Both the position numbers and the translations under genes were made by a program. The notes below the pieces were generated by a model. The model was not told where the DNA came from and searched no databases. It saw only the letters and a list, made by a program, of their open reading frames with translations. A DNA stretch of 63,837 nt, the filler included, from Globobulimina sp. (lineage: Eukaryota), in NCBI GenBank assembly GCA_003354225.1. It is 29 parts of 29 records of this genome, joined end to end, with 100 filler letters (N's around TTAATTAATTAA, not from the genome) between each part and the next. Parts side by side here need not be neighbours in the genome. Positions count along the whole stretch, not along the records: positions 57,327 to 59,430 come from PIVH01008957.1; positions 59,531 to 61,634 come from PIVH01008958.1; positions 61,735 to 63,837 come from PIVH01008959.1; 26 more parts are not named here. One strand, given 5' to 3'. Positions 57,227-63,837 of the stretch are shown in pieces. Within the stretch, counting starts at the first letter, position 1; every line of letters starts with the position of its first letter.

Positions 57227-57613
57227 NNNNNNNNNNNNNNNNNNNNNNNNNNNNNNNNNNNNNNNNNNNNTTAATTAATTAANNNNNNNNNNNNNNNNNN
57301 NNNNNNNNNNNNNNNNNNNNNNNNNNTTGATGGAGTCAAATATTTAATACAAACTGAAGTTATGTATCGCTTGTAAAGATGTACTCACTAAAAAACTTTG
57401 ATACTTTACATATTCAGACAATGGCGTCGTTTCTGTCACTAGTACTCTCATCTTCTTTATTCTAAATGAATATCTATCATTACGCAACGATGCTCTTTGT
57501 ACATGCCAAGTCTTTTGAGATTTATCACTTTTCAGCTGCATTATAGGTACAGTACAGTCATAATTAGGTAATTTCTCTATTTATATAAAGTATTCTACTT
57601 TTATCATTTCTCA

Positions 57614-58440
57614 ATGCTGCCGCTAACCTCAAGAGGTGTAGTATCCGCATCGATTTTATCGTTGCTCACAGTACTGTTAATGTTCGATCTTTATTTGCGA
57701 AGAAATAAATTCTTTGAAAGCAGTTTATCTGTCCTACTCTTTATAACTTTGTTTGCAAATTGGTTAGTTTCATTGCTAACAACATCGATGAATTTCCCTC
57801 AAATATTGGGTTGCAATTGGTGCACGGTCAGTCACAACATTACAGTGCAAATTTACATTATTAGCAGAATCTCAAATTATATTTATTGCATACAAAGAGC
57901 AAAACTGACACAGAAACTGTATCCACACTTGTTTTCAACAAAATGGTTTGACAAATATTTGCCTGCCATTTTTGTACTGCTTGCAATTATAGCATCGGTT
58001 CTCATTGTATTCATTAGTTGGGAAGAATTAGACTGTATGGATTCAGAATATAGATGTGGTTCAAAACCAGGAAACGGTGGTGCTGATGAAGTTGCATATT
58101 CCAACATTGGATTCATTTTTGCAGCATTCTTGGAAGTAGCAATCACTGTTTTTTGTCTTTATGTATGGATCAAACCATTGCATGGCAACACATACATGAA
58201 AAACGCAATTTTTCGCACCATTAACAACAAACAAAGGAAAGACGCTCGGAACATTTCTGAGATCGCACGCAAGAAATATGTTGACAAAATTGTGGAAATA
58301 CTGAAGGTTTGTATTATAATGACAGCAATAAATTTGATATCGTCGAATGTAACCAGTTGGTGGAGATTTATTTGATTTTTGCGCGATAATTGATCCATTT
58401 ATCAATGCGCTGACATCATTTGTGATGACGAATCCTTTTT
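57614..58440 (+). pseudogene. Orphan 7TM protein with a frameshift before TM7
   Basis: Six TM segments in ORF 57614-58375. TM7 (DFCAIIDPFINALTSFVM, homologous to DPFVNS at about 24860) lies in another frame from about 58352. Confidence 0.6.
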
Positions 58441-59081
58441 TAAAAGGAAGAAGCCTTACCATATGTTTGCCGGCACGCTTGCGGCTTATATGTACTACTA
58501 GTACTGGCAGGGAAAACAACGATACTAACGATACTGCAGTAATCAATGATATTATAGAAATGGAGAGCATATCAGCAGCTTGTAGCAGTAGTAGTATTGT
58601 GATGATATGGAGCCAATATAATATTCCACAAAAACTGGTTGGTTCAGTTATTTATGTTTCAAATATAGCGTTGACACGGGTGCCAGATAGGTCAGATTCA
58701 TCATTGATGGAATTGTTGAAGAGTATTGACCCAAAAAAAGATTGGTCGAAATTGAAAATTGTTCCAATATTCGGGGAGAAAACAAGCAACAAATATATTG
58801 TTCGGGGAGCATGGCAAATATATTGTTCAGGGAGAAAACAAGCAAAAAAATTGATTCAAAAAATACGCATATTTAGCAGGAAAAGTGAAGACATAATAGA
58901 ATCCAGCTGGACTGCACGCTTCTGGATGAATGTAGCTCTGGAAAGAATTGCTGAAGAGCAAACAACTTAATTAACTTGACAAGCACAAGTGCTCAGTTTG
59001 CGTTTGGTTTAGAAACGATTTGCACATTTAAATGAGTTTTGGAATTTCTTTAATTAACTTCACTTCAACATTTGCTTTTAA

Positions 59082-59430
59082 ATGACGCCTTTGACGGTCT
59101 ATATAATATACGCTACTTGGATATGTATATGTTTAGCAGTATCAGGAATTATTAGTTTTCACTCGTTCTATCATTTATGCTGTAAAGATTCATCTGAATG
59201 GCTGAACAAAACATATTCCAAACTGACAATAATTATAATGATATCATTCACAATATGCACTGTTATGGACATAATACACACGTTTTGTAAATTTTACATG
59301 TTTCCTGACAAATACACCACTACAGATTACAGTAGTGTTCCCGATAAGAGGTACGCATATTAGTACTAATATTATATATTATCTAATCATATATTTACGA
59401 AATGGTGGAGCTGTCAAGGGCTAATATATA
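59082..59430 (+). CDS. 7TM-like protein, N-terminal fragment
   Basis: Two TM segments, then an intron donor near 59351 and the contig end. Confidence 0.5.
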
Positions 59431-59799
59431 NNNNNNNNNNNNNNNNNNNNNNNNNNNNNNNNNNNNNNNNNNNNTTAATTAATTAANNNNNNNNNNNNNN
59501 NNNNNNNNNNNNNNNNNNNNNNNNNNNNNNATGTACCAACAAAAAAGTAAATGTATCTGAATAAATGCGAGGTAATAATGTATATATATAAAAACTAAAA
59601 CTAGTCCACCCATAAATACACAAACGATGGATGGATAGCAAAGGTTATAATAACTAAGAATGAAAAATATTATCTAAATATTGGATTGGTTGCTAACAGA
59701 AACACAAACAAAACATACAAATCATTCAAATCAAAAACGAAGTTAATATCCGGAGCAATTACTTTAATATAAAATGATTATTTAATGTTTTGATTATAT

Positions 59800-60965
59800 T
59801 AAATTTATTGTATTGTAAAATGATTCCTTAATGATTCAATCATATTTTTCTTCATAAAAATTGCGAATAATATCCTGTTTTAATCTGCTTGCTTTGTATA
59901 ATAATGCTGAATTACATAATTTTTTAACTTTCTTACTGATTCCCCTCCAAAGCTTGCAAATGCCAATGGTATAAATTTATATCCATTTAATAAATCCGAT
60001 TCAAATTTGTTTTCATAATTTGCCAATTTATTTCTTTCACCAATTTTTCCTGCCATAAAATGTCCAATATTCTCAGTCTCAACATTCCTCTTATTCTCAT
60101 TACTAAATATGTCCGATACCACGACGTCCAATAAGAGTTTGCTGATTTTATTTTTTTCATATTCTATACTATTATTAATCCAAATGTCCGGTTTCTCGTT
60201 GCTTTGTCCATTTTTTCTCGATTTAATTTCATATGATGTATTACCAAATTCTGTATCAAATAATTTGTACAAATAATATGCGATACTATCATGTCTATAA
60301 TGATGTGCTTTCGATCCAAATCTACATTTATTCGCATGTTCTAATACATTTTCTTCGTGCACGTGTTCGTGACATTGATTACATGTAATTTTCTTTCTTT
60401 TATCTGTCAATGATATACCAAATAATATCCTAATTATTGTATTCCAATCTTGATTATTCATTTCCATCTCACTCAACCAATCAATTCCAATTATATTATT
60501 TAAAAAAGCCATACATTTATCCGATCTGCGCGCATTCATAATAATTCTCTGCGCAGTGCTCGCTTTGTCAAAAATCGTATGATATACTTTATTTTCTATG
60601 CCATATGTCAGGCATCGCATTTTTAATTTGTTATTAAGTTCATATACTTCGTTATTTCCATATTCTTCGTCGACGTCCATTATACTCTCATTCTCATTCA
60701 TTTTGCTCTCATTCTCTTCAAATGTGTTTAGATTCGCTTTGTTTAACATATTTTTGAATAAATCTATATTACAATCAATGGTTTCGTCTTCGTATTCATA
60801 CGAAAACATATTTAAATTATCCAAATCGTTAAAAACATCTTTGATTTTAATATTAAATTTCTTTGACGTATTTAAATTATTCCACTTAACTGCTTTTTGT
60901 ACGTTTTTTCTGATTTTCCCTCCTGTTTTATGTAATAATTCAATATTTAACTCATTCCATAGCAA
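59800..60965 (-). mobile_element. CRE-like non-LTR retrotransposon C-terminus with a restriction-like endonuclease
   Basis: WL...M...DW..IIR..FG, CxxC...HA.KC (CCHC), RHD, E, KPDI, LLDVVV, E.NK...Y, FIPLA..SFGG. Confidence 0.85.
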
Positions 60966-61329
60966 AATAACGATTTTATGAATTCCAGAAATGTAGGCGG
61001 GCGCTATTAAATTGGTTATACTGCGAATGCCTAAATTCAGATTTCATTGTTAGAATTCATTTGTTCTGTGTTTGTTAGAATTTGGAACCTTTTGGTGACT
61101 GGTTTGTTCATTCAAAATATGCAATATAGCGATTACATCATTTTGACTTGCTCCCTTATTGAATATGCTATATATTTCTCATCTGACATACACAATTTCG
61201 CATCTCAACTTACTTCCAGATCTTACTAAGAAAAAAAAACACCAAAAAACTCTCTCCTCTCACTCACTTCCTTCCAATCCTTTCTACTCACTAACATCAT
61301 ACAAACCAAACCAACAAATTAAAAGCATC

Positions 61330-61634
61330 ATGTTGTCATTGATTTTCTTCGCATCAACCTTATTATTTTCGTTAGAAGCGAGCCGTCTTCTTTTACAAAA
61401 TACGCCACAAACGTGTGGTTCATGTGTAGCGTCTTGCAGCGGTGTGTCAGATGGCAATTATATATCGTGTGAAGGCGCAAATGGTTTCGCCATGTGCTCC
61501 AATGGCATCAAACATGAGTTCAAATGCGCCACAGAAACGTTAGTATGGGATGATACTAAAAAATATTGCGATTATACGTCGGCGTGTGATGCGTGCCTGG
61601 AGTGTGTGAGTGATTGTAGCGGTGTGGCTGATGG
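61330..61634 (+). CDS. Secreted tandem chitin-binding (CBM14-like) protein, N-terminal part
   Basis: Signal peptide, SRLLLQ, CVASCSGVSDGNY.SC...F.MCSNG......C...LVWDD.KKYCDY; a second repeat begins CVSDCSGVADG. Confidence 0.8.
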
Positions 61635-62241
61635 NNNNNNNNNNNNNNNNNNNNNNNNNNNNNNNNNNNNNNNNNNNNTTAATTAATTAANNNNNNNNNN
61701 NNNNNNNNNNNNNNNNNNNNNNNNNNNNNNNNNNTTAGGAATTCCAGGATTTTAGAACTTTGCGTCTGTACAGAAATGAATTGCTGGGTGACAAAAACGT
61801 TATAAGGTAACAAATGCGTTGCTGATTGACAGAAAAACCTGCTCAAAACCTTGGGAAACGTTTCTATCTGCAGCGGGACAGAAGAATCGCAAAGTTCCAA
61901 AATCCCAAAAGTCTATGGATCCTAAAACATGAACGACAATGATTATGAAAATATGTATAATGACCGATATTGAGGAGGATTCCTGTTTAGATCTATCCAT
62001 TATCCCTTTGCTATTCTATCCGTTTCGATGCAATTCGATCTATGTTTAGTTTTGATGCTGAATCAATTTAAATCAATGAATCCTTTTCAAACAAATTTGC
62101 AGCGATATGTGCACATATTCATATGTACCAATCTTTGTTGGCATCATTCTGTAGTCCAAATAACACTATTTTTGAGCCAATATTATAAATAAAACATAGC
62201 TGCCATGATTAATGTTTTTGATACTCAAAAACTTAAAATGA

Positions 62242-63837
62242 ATGTTACTAACAAGTAACAACATAATGAGCACCGAATTAGAAACATACCACAAATATAG
62301 CAATAATGATCCAGACGAGGACAGCTTATCTGATTCATTTGGCAGTTTCAGTGATTATGGACGTGCTGATACATTAATGTCGAGAACGTTGGGTTCCACC
62401 AATTTGGAATTTGTATTAACAAGCGACCAAATAAAAGAAACTCTGTCCGGAAACCCGCAGAATTGGCATTGGCAGAAAGTACAATTGTGGCTACATCGGA
62501 AGTCATTGACTCCATTCATTCAAGTTTTTAATATCGTGGATGAGGACAATTTAAAACCAGGCATCGAAGGGGGAGAATTATTGGATATGACATTAGAAAA
62601 ATTATTTGATTCATCGGGACCATATAACATCGGCAAAAAATTGGACATTCAAAGGGAAAACGCAGATAATTATAACCATCCATTGATTGAACGCTTTTTT
62701 AGGTTTGTTTAGAATTAATGCATATGCCATATATATATAACATTGAATATCTACATTATAATTTAAGGGAAATAACAAAATTAGAGCTTCAAGCGCATGA
62801 TTTGAATGACAGCGATCCAGAAACGACGATCAACGATTTGATGGAAATGAAACGGAGAATACATATTTTTTTAGACAAATGGGATAAGATATTATGGATC
62901 AAAAATTACGTGGAAACAAATAACCGTATCCCAGCAGCGGAGGAAGTGGGTCAAGAGCTAGAAATATCAGACAGCGTTGCTTCTGTATACATCGAATACT
63001 ATCATAAAATGGATCGGTTCAAACGCAAAGACTTAAACGAACTGTTGCTGGATTTCAATGTTTATGACGATGCTGTGATATGGTGGTTTATTATCATATC
63101 ATCGCTAAAGAGCTATCCATCCAAATCGCTGTGGCTAATCTTTGAAAAAGTGGCTGAAATAACGCCAGGTTCAGTTGCCATTGAGTTACTGGAGAAATAT
63201 AGGTTTGATTTGACGCGTTTCAATGCCTCCAAACTGGACAAAGTTTGCCAAAATATTGCGGTGGGTTCGCAGTATCCGGTTTGCGCATCGTTGAGAATTG
63301 CAAAGTGGTTCAACGACAGAGCGGAATACGACGTTGCGAGAAGCAAACGCTTTTCTGATATCGCTGAGAGTTACATTGATGCGGCAAACGATTATGTCTC
63401 GTTTCTCGAATCTGACCATTTGGCCACGATTTTGTTGGAAGTGAAATCTGATTTGGATGGCAGGAGCGCATTGGACATGGCGCTGGATTTCAAATTGCAA
63501 GCGTTTGTGTCCAATAATAGGGTCGAACGAGTCACCACGAGCATTATGAACAATTTTGAGTTTCTAAAGTTAGGTTACATTGCTGTGGCTATTTCTGATT
63601 GTGATATTTTTGGAGTATTTGGACAGACCGAAGAACCGCGACGAAGCTTTTGAAATAGATCCGTTGTCATTGGATTTGATCTGGAAGAAAATGTGGAAGA
63701 AGGAATTTTATTTAACGCCGCTGGGACTGTACATCACCACCACTGTTTTGTACATTTTATACTTGGCGCTTTTTACGTATTTGTCGGTGAAACAAACCAA
63801 AGCTTTTGATAAATTGGCGATTGACGACTTGTGTTTT
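62242..63837 (+). CDS. SAM-like domain plus TRP-like (pre-S1) channel, three exons, 3' truncated
   Basis: W...KV..WL....L..F...F...IEG.ELL.MT...L (SAM); introns 62703-62767 and 63569-63626; ALDMAL..KL..FVSN..V; FYLTPLG.Y..TT.LYILYL.LFTY (S1). Confidence 0.7.

Noticed and set aside
58422-58970. 182-aa standalone gene
   Set aside because: The 5' part is the frameshifted tail of the 7TM gene, and the rest changes character abruptly. It is probably a composite and cannot be called.
2107-61734. Regularly spaced TTAATTAATTAA repeat separated by ~2.1-kb unique segments (CRISPR-, cassette- or nanochromosome-like)
   Set aside because: It is always embedded in N runs and segment lengths are sorted, so it is an artificial concatenation linker. 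ORFs ending in X...LIN are artefacts.
1-63837. A multi-gene system or operon across the window
   Set aside because: Neighbouring segments are unrelated contigs and several are internally chimeric, so adjacency carries no information.

Overview
This window is not one genomic locus. It is 29 unrelated ~2.1 kb contigs, sorted by length (2106 to 2103 bp) and joined by 100-bp N spacers that contain TTAATTAATTAA (stops in all six frames). Gene order across spacers is therefore meaningless. Most contigs come from an AT-rich eukaryote with short (50-120 nt) spliceosomal introns. The gene families (TRAF-like zinc fingers, orphan 7TM receptors, PTxDPT mucins, LVxGFI...IP motif) suggest a foraminiferan/rhizarian; this is inference. 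Several contigs are chimeric and contain archaeal or bacterial fragments, as expected from whole-genome-amplified single-cell data. Recognisable genes include ODC, PIG-Q, RPS12, an eEF1A-like GTPase, actin and GCDH pseudogenes, MRPL34, MED22, WDR3/UTP12, RING ligases, an SPP-like HAD phosphatase, SIRT5, Rac, an MRH receptor, FUN14, a DUSP, a PQQ-type propeller, a TRP-like channel and two non-LTR retroelement fragments. The strongest leads are: a 10-12 bp motif, (T)ATCCTTGCAC(W), with an exact 10-mer core in non-coding DNA of 7 different contigs; a nested TIR element carrying two inverted tRNA-derived (SINE-like) units with a shortened anticodon arm; a MITE whose empty target site lies in another contig; a SIRT5 lacking all four zinc ligands; a catalytically degenerate eEF1A paralog; and a protein combining Pol II CTD-like heptads, an RS tract and a RING. 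No multi-gene system can be shown from such short contigs.
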